Assembly: GCA_964035545.1 (NCBI GenBank)
Contig: OZ037769.1
Location: 1,612,001 to 1,676,000, forward strand
Source: Bugula neritina
Taxonomy: Eukaryota > Animalia > Bryozoa
Direction of reading: 5' to 3'
DNA: 64,000 bases
Shown here: positions 12,464-26,340 of the stretch, in pieces
How positions within the stretch are numbered: the first letter of the stretch is position 1
Layout: each line of letters starts with the position of its first letter
Position numbers and translations under genes: made by a program
The notes under the pieces: generated by a model
The model's input: the letters and a program-made list of their open reading frames with translations, nothing else
The model's database searches: none
Told to the model about the DNA's origin: nothing

Positions 12464-14634
12464 TCAGAGGCTGTCAATAAACTTGCAGACGTGTTCCATG
12501 AACTTCTCCGGTTGTCTGCCGTGAATCAAATGACCCGCATTTTTTACCATATGAATTTCTGCTGAGGGAAAGTAAGAGGTCAATGCAGCCTTCTGCTCCT
12601 CACTGAGCTCTCCGGTACTGTAAGTACAACAGGTAAGTTTATTGCAAGTACAGGTACCTACGTATAACATATCATAGGCAGTATATGTAATTACTGTTCA
12701 TACACACATGTATACCGTATTTACCTGTATGATAAGCAGTATATGTAATTACTGTTCATACACAGGTATATACACTGTATGTATATGCATCTACATATTA
12801 TAACCAGTATAATAAGTAACTATAGGTAAACATGACGTATATATTTATTGTAAGTACATAACTGCACTCATATATTACACTGAAAACAAGCAACTGGAAT
12901 AAAATTGCTCTATATTCTATCATAATATTAAACCAAAGCACATGAAGCTATCATTGGTCTTCAAAGAGCTGCATATTTTAATATTTGACTTCACATATAT
13001 TGAAATTAAGTTTTGATGGGCAATTAGTATAGAGTACTGCAGCTATCTCACATATGGCTGTTTATACCATTATGCAACTGTAATGTGTATTTTAAGAAGA
13101 ATGGGTTTTCTTTCAGACATTAATTGTAACAAAACTCACATCATTCAATACTATTATAACTAAAACCCACACTAGTATTAACAACAGTCTCAATATTAAC
13201 CACAATTAGGTACCTAGTTTACCCTTTCACCTGCCTTAAGATAATCGCAGACTTACGGTTGATTATTAGACTCACAGCCTCCTAGAAAGCAAGTGGGACC
13301 AGTGAATTGGCGTCCTGCCAAGTTCTTATCCCAGCTTGTGAGATGGTCCAGATCTTTGAGAATTGCTTGTAAGTTGAAAGTACATGTTGCAGTGTTGCTG
13401 TCCTCTTTACTTACAATGACGTTTCTAGCGAAGAACATGCTGTGATTCCAACTCTGTAAATACCGAGACCCAAAACAATGTCTCCAGAAGTAGCCAGAGA
13501 TTGTGTGTAGTAAGGGATGAACAGATATATAAAACACTTAGAAACTTGTGAGTAGTTTAACCAAGCCATCTTTATAGTTTATGTAATGCAGAGAAAGCAA
13601 AAGATTGAATGAAGAAAGAGCAAAGGAGACAGTGAAAATGAGAAAGGAAGTTAAAGAGAGAGCAAAAGAGAAAGCAAAACTTCTCTTGCAGCCTAGCATA
13701 ACTAATTCTATAGAAAACTGTAGCTAAGTTTGCAGCATACAAAAACTCCTAGACTATAATTATATGCAACAAAATATGAAATAAACTAAATGAGTTTGTA
13801 AAAAAAACATTAGTCATATAAAATCTTAACACATCAACTATTTCAAACCTACATACATGCATATAATGTAGAAGCAACAATTTTGGAAATAATATTTCAC
13901 CAGTCTACAAATTGCATAAAATAGGTAGACTGACACTTTGCTTCCTATAGTGGTTAGACAACCTAGACACTCATCTAACTGTTCTACTTTTTCAAGTTTA
14001 GGTAAGACCCTCTCTTTTAAGTTTTCTAGGCTACCATCTGGTAGGGACATGTCCAAAGATGCCAGCACTTCTAAATACCCTCTGATTATAGATTTCAGAC
14101 TACCACTATTGCAAGGAATAGTGTCTTCATTTATGAGTGAGTGCACACGTTGTGGCTGTAATAACACAGAAAGTTAACTAATTATCCGTAAACCAATTCT
14201 GTATAACTCAATATATTTATAGTATATAATGCAAATTATAATAAATATAGAGTAGAGAACATAAATTAGTATCACAGTTCACCAGAAAATATAGAAGCCA
14301 GCAAGTTTCTTTTCTGTTGTAGCATGTGCTCTAGATTGTGGCAAAAAATATTTCCGGTATTTTAACAAACACTCCAAACCAAAATTTATTAAAAAAGTGA
14401 AATAACTTAGGTTATTAAAATGTCTACACTATTGTAACTAAGTATCAAACAACTCACATGAAACAAGGCCAAAGTCATCATCACCCTAGCACCCATACTG
14501 CTGCCCAGGAAATGTGCCTTGGTAATATTCAATTTATCTAAGAGAGTGATAACATCATGTACCATCTCCTTATACTGCATGCTGGGTGCCTGACCACTCT
14601 CTCCATGGTTCCTCAGGTCTATCGTCAGCACCAT
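12464..14634 (-). pseudogene. ABHD11-like copy B, 5'-deleted probable pseudogene
   Basis: Only the last four exons are present (~14631-14458, ~14155-13979, 13453-13257, 12617-12464). The acceptor before VLTIDLRNHG is replaced by upstream spacer DNA, and the donor after EKVEQ reads CAG|ttagat versus CAG|gtagat in the other copies. Confidence 0.75.
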
Positions 14635-15195
14635 TTTACATGTCAGATGTCAACCAGGCACATGTGTTGTTTTATTAACCCTAAAGCAACGCATTTAGAT
14701 ATAAGTGAAAACATAATATACATACTGTAAATGTATTAATTTTATTACATTAGAAACATATTTGTATATTATTATAGTGGCTTTTTCTGTTCTATAATTG
14801 CTGGTTGTTTATTTATTATATAAATAATGACAAAAAAGAGCAAAACCACACAGTGAATACATACTACATCTCTGCAGTAACACCAACATAGTTATGTATA
14901 AAAAGCCTCATTTGAGATTATAGTCACCATCTCTGTGGAACCTCTGCTGAAAAAGCGTTTTAAGCAGGCTAAGCACTTACTTTCTATTATGGCAAAGGGA
15001 CAATTATAACTGAATTTTCTTACTATAATATCACCAATGGCCTTCATTAAGGTTTGAACCACTAATCTTGTCAAAACTAAGCCATGGTGCTCTAACCCCT
15101 AGATGGAGGTATGTTAATATTCTATTTTTGCTGCCTTATGCTTATGTGTACAGCAACCAGGCAGCAACCATAGTTGGCTATGAAATTAACTATAA

Positions 15196-15539
15196 GCCTA
15201 GGGCCACACGGTGCGTATTTTCGCATGCGAAAATTGAAACCACAAGTAGCAAAGGCGTCCACTGTAGCGTCAGTGATGCGTGATAAATAAAGTTTTCATT
15301 TTTAAATTGCACTCGCTTTCAATAAAACGCAATTTACTAGAATTTAGCACTAAAATAAAGAAATTGGGCTTGCTTAATAACTACCAGCCAATTAGGTGAC
15401 GACGACAGAGACGATTCGCACTTGCGTTGAAAATGCAGAGCGACAAGTGCAAACGTGTTCTCAACGCGCACAGTGGACACCTTTGCTACTTGTGATTTCA
15501 ATTTTCGCATGCGAAAATACGCACAGTGTGGCCCTAGGC
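15196..15539. mobile_element. Non-autonomous PIF/Harbinger-type MITE, 344 bp
   Basis: ~70-bp terminal inverted repeats (gcctagggccacac.gtgcgtattttcgcatgcgaaaattgaaa.cacaagtagcaaagg), TAA on both flanks, absent at the paralogous site ~20845. Confidence 0.85.
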
Positions 15540-16754
15540 TAATGGTATATATGTAACACTTACATGCCAAATCATTGAGTGGTTGTAGCATACAACATTT
15601 ACAGATATCTCAAGTCCATGACTGAGTCACAGCAGATTATGCTGTGACCTTGATGTATGTATAGGTCAACTACCGAGATCCTGAGCAACCATTCTCAGGT
15701 GAGTAAATGGTCAAACTGTCTTGGCCTATAGGTGCTAAACCTAACTTAGTTTTTTCTAAGGCCACCATTAGTGTAGTGAATTGTGCAAAGGTATTTGCAG
15801 ATAAGCTGTGCCTACAGCGTACAGTTTCAGCTCTCAATTTCAGCTTATATACAAAAATATGTGCTCTTGATCAGGCAAGGTTATATAGCAAAACAATCTC
15901 GCCAGTGAAGCGTAAAGGGTGTGTGATTCAAACTAAATACAAACCTAGTTCACTAAAATCAGTCACATATTTATGTATATGAGTTAGCATGCACAGGATG
16001 AGCAATGGAGCTCAATGTATAGTTTTTTATATAAACACAATATGAATCTCATATCATAATGTAATAAATAATATTGGAGCTTTAACTTTTAATAGGAATG
16101 GAGGTGGCACAACTCCTTCATAATATTTACTCAACTCAAAATCAATTTTTTAAAGTACAAATTCCAGTTTAAATTTGACATAGTAGTGTATTATTTATAT
16201 AACTAATGAAATAAGGCTTGATTTTAAAAGCAATTAAATAACTGAAAACAGAAAAACATGTGCTAGTATATTAAAAGCATTGAAAAATAAAGAACTTGAA
16301 TTTATTGTCAACTGATATTCATACATATTTTAGATTCCAATACAATACAAATATGCAAACTCTAATAAAGCACAAAAGCGCATCAGTAGAATAAACCTGA
16401 CAAGAATTACTATATAACACAGGTGTATGACAAGATAAGTCATAAAAATTATTTATATTCAGCGTATCTCTAACATAAAGTATTACACTTGTATATACAC
16501 AAAAAGCCGAAGGACTTGTGCATAACTAAAGGAAACTGTTAAAAGCAGCATCAAGTTGAGGCGGCTGAGTTCGGTATTTGTAAATACATCAATACTGAAA
16601 CTATAGGGTGACCTACGCACTCTGTGACCACCAACTCGGTGCTATTTAAAGAGTGTTTTGTGACTAAAAGCCCAACAAAGTGTCACTATAGGCTAGGAAA
16701 CTGGGTGTACATGTCACAAGCTGTCACTATAGGCTAAGAAACTGGGTGTACATG

Positions 16755-19700
16755 TCACAGGCTGTCAATAAACTTGCAGACGTGTTCCATGAACTTCTCT
16801 GGTTGTTTTCTGTGAATCAAATGACCCGCATTTTGTATCATATGAATTTCTGCTGAGGGAAAGTAAGAGGTCAATGCAGCCTTCTGCTCCTCACTGAGCT
16901 CTCCGGTACTGTAAGTACAATGTTTATGTAAGTACTGTACATATACACATATACACTGTATGTCTATGTATTATAAACAAGCACGCACGCACACAAGCAC
17001 ACACACACACTCAACCAAGTAGGCGCACACACGCAAACACATAATATTGTATGTACATGTGGGTACATTTTGCAAGCAGTATATGTAAGTACGGGTATCT
17101 AAAAATATGTAAAGGAAATGAAAATTGCTCTAACCTGCCCAACTTCTATAAAAATAGTAAATATAAGGTTTGTGAAATCATCATTAGTTTTCAAAAACCT
17201 GTTTTTAAAATTTCTGAAACGAAAACTCACACCAGTAAGCTACTATTATATAACTTAAATCCACACCTATACTAACTAAAACACAGGAATATAGTAGTAT
17301 TATCTGCAACTTTCACTATTCCAAACAACTGCCCCATTGCTGACCAATATTAGGTAGTTTACTCTTTCACCTGTCCTAAGATGTCGCAGACTTACGGTTG
17401 ATTGATTGAGTCACAGCCTCCTAGAAAGCAGACTGGACCAGTGAATTGGCATCCTGCCAAGGTCTCATCCCAACTTGTGACGTGGTCCAGATCTTTGAGA
17501 ATTGCTTGTAAGTTGAAATTACATGTTGCAGTGTTGCTGTCTTCTTTACTTACGATGATATTTCGAGTAAAGAACAAGCTAACATTCCGATTCTATAAAT
17601 GAGTTGCAAAACAACATTTTCAGAAGTAGCCAGAGACTGTGTGTAGTGAGGGATGAACAAATATACTTACAAACTTGTGAGTAGTTTAACCAAGCCATAT
17701 TTATAGTTTATGTAATGCAGAGAGAGCAAAAAAGAGACCGAAAGAGAAAGCAAAGGAGAGGGTAGAAAAAGAGAACAAACGAGAAAGCAAAAGTTCTCTT
17801 ACAGCCTACAACACACCCTTACCAAAATCTAGAATCAACTCTACGGAGATGAACTGTAGCTATGTTTGTGACATACTCAAAACTTATACACAATGCAATA
17901 TGCAATAAACTAAGTATAAATGTGTAAGAAAATACTAGAGTTGTGTTGAATCTACATTCAACAACTTTTTCAAATCTGCATACATAGTATGTAGAAAATG
18001 AAGTTTTGGAAATATTACACAAGTTTTAGAAACTATAATGACAAATACATTGATATTCTACTAAAGGCAACTCTACATCTTGTTCTCTCTTACGAAGAGT
18101 TATGTTCAACACTTAACTCTATTCAACCCACAAGTTACTACATCATTACAAAAGTTTTAAAAATTATGATGACAAATACAAATACGTTAAGCAGCCAAAG
18201 CATTTATATCTACCTGTTCCACTTCTTCAAGTTCAGGTAAAGCCCTCTTTTTCAAGTTTTCTAGACTACCATCTGGTAGGGACATGTCCAAGGATGCCAG
18301 CACCTCTAAATACCTTCTGATTAAAGAATTCAGACTACTGATCTGGCAAGGAGCAGTGTCCTCACTTATGAGTGAGTGAACTCGTTGAGGCTGCAATAAT
18401 ACAGAAAGTAAACTAATGTGTAAACTGTAAACCAATTACGTGTAACTCTATATAGTTTATAACAATGTACATCATAATACAGAAAAGACAGTTGGAATTT
18501 GTACCACAGTTAAGCAGCAAATGAAAGCAACTAAGTTTCTTCTTTTTTAATTCCTGTGCAACTATTAAGCCAAAATCTATAACGGAATACATTTTAATTT
18601 GAAAGTAGTAATACCTTTCAATTAACTCCAGTTCAATAGATCATCTACTTTCTTTTTAGACAGTTATATAATTAAGTTTCTTCCTTTTTATTCCCTATAC
18701 AGCTTTACAGCAAGTCTATAGTGGGATACATTTCAGTTTGAAAGTGGTAATACCTTTTAATTAGCTCAAAGTCAATATATAATCTACTATCTCCAGAGAC
18801 AGTTAAGTAACAGGCAGCTATTTACCAGTACCTTGGCATATACAAGTTACACAGTGCTTTATAGTACTAGCATTTATTATAATTAACATAATGATGGCTA
18901 GTTGAAGCAGAACTCAACCTTAGCTGACATCATGTCTATGAATTTATAGACAGAGATGTAAGATAAAGAGAATTAGTATTTGCTCTAGTTTTATTGATAA
19001 TCCAGATTCTGAAAACACAGGCATTAATTAAATGGCTATAAAACGAAATCTAATGTTCTACTGCTACTCATAGGACAATCTATTCAGTGTATGTTGTGGC
19101 ATGTGCTCTAGATTGTGGCAAAAGAAGATTTCCTCTATTTCAGCAGACAATTTTAAAAAAATTGAATAATTTAGGTTATTAAAATGTCTACACTACTGTA
19201 TCTAAGTATCAAACAACTCACATGAATCAAGGCCAAAGTCAATATCACGCTAGCACCCATACTGCTGCCCAGGAAATGTGCCTTGGTAATATTCAATTTA
19301 TCTAAGTGAGTGATAACATCATGTACCATCTCCTTATACTGCATGCTGGGTGCCTGACCACTCTCTCCGTGATTCCTCAGGTCTATTGTCAGCACCTGAC
19401 AGCATAATGAAATTGGTTATCATAAAACATATTATGTTACATGCAACATGTTATATGACTTGGAAAATTATTTGTGTAAGTAAGACAGTAAACTATATAT
19501 ATACATATCTTATATGCCAAAACAATGTCAAACTATTCAATTGCATGAAGCCATTAGCATTAAACAAAATATAATGTGTCACAGAAAAGCTTTGTTACAT
19601 TTGAAAGCTGCTATAGGTAATGTCACTAAATGTTTAGTGAGAATATTAGTATAGTAACCTCTCTTTTCAACAGCTTTGCCAGCTTCTCAGAGAGAGTATG

Positions 19701-19932
19701 CCAGTCTCTTCTAGATCCACACAAACAATGCAGTATAACCAGGGGAGAGGACTCCTTATTCCAATCTTCTTCAGGTAGATATTGGGAATATGCAAGCTCC
19801 ACAGCAGTCCTTAAAGTATATCTGAACTTAGAGGTCATGTGACATCATCATACAGCAAATTGTGACTAATCTAACTTTACCATAATTATTGGGATCAAAC
19901 AATAAATCTTATTCTTTGCATTCTCACGCCAT
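16755..19932 (-). CDS. ABHD11-like hydrolase, derived copy C (285 aa)
   Basis: Exons 19932-19928 (ATGGC|gtgaga), 19809-19659, 19395-19222, 18390-18214, 17592-17396, 16908-16755; exon sizes match copy A; motifs HCLCGS, GSSMGA, EDTAP, AGHLIH. Confidence 0.85.
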
Positions 19933-22164
19933 CTTTTTATCACTTGCCTTATATGATTTGTATGCTAATCTCTTGCTGAGAATTCAATTTGGCTGAAAGC
20001 TCTGGATTTTGTGGTTTTGTAATATAAATAGTATGACTGTGATGATTGAAGCTTTAGAGCTCATATAAGGCTAGTTGTCCAGAAGTTGATCTGATCCGTT
20101 AAAAGTATATATTTATGCTAGTTGCAGTTGAGTGAAACTTACAATTACTGACTATAATTAACTACAGAGTAAGAAAAGATACTTACAGCAATTTTGCTTC
20201 TTGAATAGCTTTCCCAGCTTTCCCTTCTCCTTTTAGCATATTGAAAATAATTTGGCGAGCAGCTGTTAGATGATTCACAAATATAATTTATATAGTTGAG
20301 AAGTCAAAAGTATAAATAACTATGGCTTTAGAAGAAGATCTTAATAATGGCACTCAGAGTATGACCATCACGCAAATGCTTCCTGTTGTACACCTACCAG
20401 CAGAATGTCTTTGTAAATTAAAATTGTGAGAAACAAACTCAAACCTAGCAACCTATTGATAAATAAAAATAATAAATTATATCTAGATAGGAAAAAAAGT
20501 TTCACATTGATCCTCCGTGCACTTCCAACCCTGAATATACCTATGAATTGTCATACAACTGGACATGTAGGACTGGTTAAGACCAATGACATGGAAACTG
20601 CCAATCATCCATGCTGATATACCCACTGAACTGAAACTATAATATTTATAATTCAATAGATATACTCTGAATGCTCTTCCTAACATTACCAATGGCCTTC
20701 ACTAAGATTTGAACCTATAACCTTGTGTTAACTAAGCCATGGTGCTCTAACCCTTAGATAGAGGTATGTTAATATGCACCTATCACTGCCTTATGCTTAT
20801 GTGTACAGCTACCAGGCAGCAACCATGGTTGGCTATGAAATTAACTGATGGTACAAAGCATACATGCCAAATCATTGACTGGTTGTAACATACAACATTT
20901 ACAGATATCTCAAGTCAATGACCAGTCACAGCAGATTATGCTGAGACCTTGATGTATGTATAGGTCAACCACTGAGATCCTGAGCAACCATTCTCAGGTG
21001 AGTAAATGGTCAAACTGTCTCAGCCTATAGGTGCTAAACCTAACTTAGTTTCTTCTAAGGCCACTATTATTGTAGTGAATTGTGCAAAGGTATATGCAGA
21101 CAGGCTGTGCCTACAGCATACAGTTTCAGCTCTCAATTACAGCTACCTTGCAGAAATATGTGCTCGTGATCAGGCAAGGTTATATAGCAAAACAATCTCG
21201 CCAGTGTAGCATAGCGAGGTGTGGGATTCACACTAAACACAAACCTAGTTCACTAGAATTAGTCACATATTTATGTATACGAGTTAGCATGCACAGGATG
21301 AGCAATGGAGCTCAATGTATAGTTTTTTATATAAACATAATATGAATCTCATATCATAATGTAATGAATAATATGGGAGCTTCAACTTTTAGCTAAGAAT
21401 GGAAGTGGCACAACTCCTTCATAATATTTATTCGAATCAAAATCAATTTTTTAAAGTACAAATTCCAGTATAAATTTGACATAGTAGTGTATTATTTATA
21501 TAACTAATAAAATAAGGCTTGATTAGAAAACCAATCAAATGACCGAAAACAGAAAAACATGTACTGGTATATTATAAGCATTGAATACTAAAAGATTGAA
21601 AAACTGAAAATTTGATTTTATTGTCAACTGATAATCATACATAATTATTTTAGATTCCAATACAATACAATTATGCAAACTGTAATAAAGCACATAAGCG
21701 TATCATTATTTAGAATATACCTGACAAGAATTACTTTATTTCACAGGTGTATGACAAAATACATTATGAAAATTATTTATATTCAGCGTATCTCTAATAT
21801 AAAGTATTACACTTGTATATACATAAAAAGCCTAAAAGCCTGTGCATAACTAAAGGAAATTGTTAGAAGCAGCATCGAGTTGGGGTGGCTGAGTTCAGTA
21901 TTTGTATACACATCAATACTGAAACTCTGGGGTGACCTATGCACTCTGTGACCACCAACTCCGTGCTGTTTCAAGAGGGTTTTGTGACTAAAGGCCCAAC
22001 AACTTGTCACTATAGGCATCATAAAAAACCAATTATTCAATTTACAGCATAATACACATATCTACATGAAGCACTACACATGTTATGTGTATATATGAAA
22101 GGCCTTGTAAGCCAGTAAGGGCCCAACAAGGTGTCACTATAGGCTAGGAAACTGGGTGGACATG

Positions 22165-25109
22165 TCACAGGCTGTCAATAAACCTGCAGACGTGTTCCAT
22201 GAACTTCTCTGGTTGTTTTCTGTGAATCAAATGACCCGCATTTTGTATCATATGAATTTCTGCTGAAGGGAAGTAAGAGGTCAATGCAGCCTTCTGCTCC
22301 TCACTAAGCTCTCCGGTACTGTAAGTACAATGTTTATGTAAGTACTATACATATACATATACACTGTATGTCTATGTATTATATGCAGTAACTGTAATTA
22401 TACTATACTATACATACACACACACTCAATCCCGCTGGCGCACACACAAACAGATATTGTATGTACATGTATGTACATGTATGTACACATTTGGTAAGCA
22501 GTATATGTAAGTACAGGTAAGAATGACACATATTTATTGTAAGTGCACAGAATTTATGACATGGCTATCTGAAAATATGTAAAGAAAATAAAAATTGCTC
22601 TAACCTAGACCATTTCTAAAAAAAATAGTAAATATAAGGTACGTGAAATCATCATTAGTTTTCAAAAACCTGTTTTTCAAGTTTCTGAAACAAAAACTCA
22701 CACCAGTAAGCTACTATTATATAACTTAAATCCACACCAATACTAATTAAAACACAGGAATATTATAGTAGTACTATTTACAACTTTCACTATTCAAAAC
22801 AACTGCCCCATAATTGACCATTATTAGGTAGTTTACCCTATTCACCTGTCCTAAGATGTTGCAGACTTACGGTTGATTGATTGAGTCACAGCCTCCCAGG
22901 AAGCAGACTGGACCAGTGAATTGGCGTCCTGCCAAGGTCTCATCCCAACTTGTGACGTGGTCCAGATCTATGAGAATTGCTTGTAAGTTGAAAGTACATG
23001 TTGCAGTGTTGCTGTCCTCTTTACTTACGATGATATTTCGAGTAAAGAACAAGCTAACATTCCGATTCTATAAATGAGTTGCAAAACAACATTTTCAGCA
23101 GTAGCCAGAGACTGTGTGTAGTGATGGACCATCAAATTTAAAACACTTAAAAACTTGTAATTAGTTTAACCAAGCCATCTTTAATTTATGTAATGCAGAA
23201 AGAGCAAAAAAGAGACTGAAAGAGAAAGCAAAGGAGAGAGTAAAAAAAGAGAAAAACCCGGAAAGCAAAAATTTTCTTACAGCCTACAACACACCCTTAC
23301 CAAAATCTAGAATCAACTCTACAGAGATGAACTGTAGCTATGTTTGTTGTACAGAATGCAATATGCAATAAACTAAGTAAATGTGTAAGAAAATACTAGA
23401 GTTGTGTCGAATCTACATTCAACAACTTTTTCAAATCTGCATACATAGTATGTAGAAAATGAAGTTTTGGAACTATTACACAAGTCTCAAAAACTATGAT
23501 GACAAATACATTGATAAATTGCTTTCTAGAGATTAGGCAGCCTAGGCATTCATCTACCTGTTCCACTTTTTCAAGTTCAAGTAAGGCCCTCTCTTTCAAG
23601 TTTTCTAGGCTACCATCTGGTAGAGACATGTCCAAGGATGCCAGCACCTCTAAATACTCTTTGACTTTAGATTTAAGAGTACCATTGATCTGGCAAGGAG
23701 CAGTGTCCTCAGTTATGAGTGAGTGAACTCGTTGAGGCTGCAATAATACAGAAAGTAAACTAATGTGTAAACTGTAAACCAATTACGTGTAACTGTATAC
23801 AATTTATAACAACGTAAATCATAATATAGAAAAGACAGCATGAATTTGTACCACAGTTCAGCAGCAAATGAAAGCAATTAAGTTTCTTCTTTTTTAATTC
23901 CTGTGTAACTATTAAGCCAAAATCTATAAAGGAATACATTTCAATTTGAAAGTAATGATACTTCATGATTAGCTCAAGATCATCTACTCTCTCTAGACAC
24001 AGTTAAGTAACAGGCAGCTATTTACCAGTACCCTGGCATACACAAGTTATACAGTGCTTTATAATACCAGCATTTATTATAATTAACATAATGATGACCA
24101 GTTGAAGCAGAACTCAACCTTAGCTGACATCATGTCTAGGAATGTATAGGCTAGATGTAAGATAAAGAATCCACATTCTGAAAATACAGGCATGAATTAA
24201 ACGGCTATATAACGAAATCTAATGTTCTACTGCTACGCATAGGACAATCTACCTATAGTGTCTGTTGTAGCATGTGCTCTAGATTGTGGCAAAAAAAGAT
24301 TTCCTCTACTTCAGCAGACAATTTTAAAAAAATTGAATAACTTAGGTTATTAAAATGTCTACACTACTGTATCTACATGTAAGTATCAACCAACTCACAT
24401 GAAACAAGGCCAAAGTCATCATCACCCTAGCCCCCATGCTGCTGCCCAGGAAATGTGCCTTGGCAATATTCAATTTATCTAAGTGAGTGATAACATCATG
24501 TATCATCTCCTTATGCTGCATGCTGGGTGCCTGACCACTCTCTCCATGGTTCCTCAGGTCTATCGTCAGCACCTGACAGCATAATGAAATTGGTTAGGCC
24601 TATCATAAAACATATTATGTTACATGCAACATGTTATGACTTGGAAAATTATTTATATAAGTAGGATAGTAAACTGTATATACATATCTTATATGCCAAA
24701 ACAATGTCAAACTCTTCAATTGCATGAAGCCATTAGCACTAAATAAAATATCATGTGTCAAAGAAAAACTTTGTTACATTTGAAAGTTGCTATGTAATGT
24801 CACTAAATGTTGAGTGAAAATATTAGTATAGTAACCTCTCTTTTCAACAGCTTTGCCAGCTTCTCAGAGAGAGTATGCCAGTCTCTTCTAGATCCACACA
24901 AACAATGCAGTATTACAAGGGGAGAGGACTTCTTATTCCACTCTCCTTCAGGTAAATATTGGGAATATGCAAGCTCCACAGCAGACCTTAAAGTATATCT
25001 GAACTTAGAGGTCATGTGACATCATCATACAGCAAATTGTGACTAATCTGACTTCACCATAATTATCAGGATCAAACAATAAATTTTATTCTTTGCATTC
25101 TCACGCCAT
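22165..25109 (-). CDS. ABHD11-like hydrolase, derived copy D
   Basis: Exons 25109-25105, 24986-24836, 24572-24399, 23737-23558, 23067-22871, 22318-22165; frame open, splice sites intact. Confidence 0.85.
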
Positions 25110-26264
25110 CTTTCTATCACTTGCTTTATATGATTTGTATGCCAATCTCTTGCTGAGAATTCAATTTGGCTGAAATTTCTAGATTTTGTAGTTTTATAAT
25201 ATAAATAGTATGAGTGTGATGATTGAGGCTTTAGAGCGGAGGCTAGATGTCCAGAAGTTAGCCTGATCCATTATAATTATAATATTTATGCTAGTAACGG
25301 TTGAGTGAGATTTACAATTACATGCTTATTAACTGGAGAGTAAGAAAAGATACTTACAGCAATTTTGTTTCCGGGATAGCTTTCCCAGCTTTCGACTCTC
25401 TATTTAGCATATTGAAAATGATTTGGCAAGCAGCTGTTGGATGATTCACAAAACTAAAATATATATTGTTGAGGAGAGTGAAAAGTATAACTATAGTTAT
25501 AGAAGTAGATATTAATAATGACTCTAAGAGTATGACTATCCCGTAGATGCTTCTTTTTGCACAACCGCCAGCAGAATGTCTTTGCAAAACGTACACATTA
25601 TGAGAAACAACATCAAAGCTAGCTACCTAATGTTGAATAAAAAGTAATGGGTTATATTGAGATTGAAAAAAAGTGTCACGTTGTTCCTCTGTGCGCTTCC
25701 AACTCTGAATATGCAAAAGAGTTGTACAACTAGAAGAGTTATAGCACCTGAAAAGGACCGTGACATGGCAACTATCAGTCATCCATGCTGATGTACTCAC
25801 TGAACTGAAACTATAATAGTTATAGTTCAATAGATATACTCTTATTAATATTATTATGTTACTCTCATGGTTTAAATGTCAGATGTCAACCTGGCACATG
25901 TGTTGTTTTATTAGCCCCCTAAAGACACGCCTTTAGATATAAGTGAAAACCTAATATATACACTGTATTTATTTTATTACATTAGAAATATATTTATATA
26001 TTATATTGATTTTTTCAGTTCTGTTATTGCTGGTTGCCTATTTATTATATAAATAATGACTAAAAAGAGCAAAATCACACAGTGGATACAAACTAAAGAT
26101 CTACATTGTGGTAATACTAACATCATTATGCTTAAAAAGCCTCATGTGGGTTTATAGTCACCATCTCTGTAAAACCTCAGCTGAAAAAGTTTTTTAAGCA
26201 GGCTAAACACTTATTTTCTATTGCGGCGAAGGGACAATTATAACTGAATTTTCTTCCTAGCATC

Positions 26265-26340
26265 ACCAATGGCGTTCACTAAGGTTCGAACCACTAACCT
26301 TGTGTTAACTAAGCCATGGTGCTCTAACCCCTAGATGGAC
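26265..26340 (-). repeat. Possible tRNA-derived SINE head in array spacer (paralogues ~15034-15110, ~20690-20765)
   Basis: Minus strand ..atctaggggttagagcacc..~20 nt..GGTTCGAACC..: A-box-like then B-box; no cloverleaf. Confidence 0.35.

Noticed and set aside
15707-15982. ORF MVKLSWPIGAKP.. repeated at 21006 and ~26425
   Set aside because: Recurs only because the spacer is duplicated; copies differ by frameshifts and no domain is recognisable.
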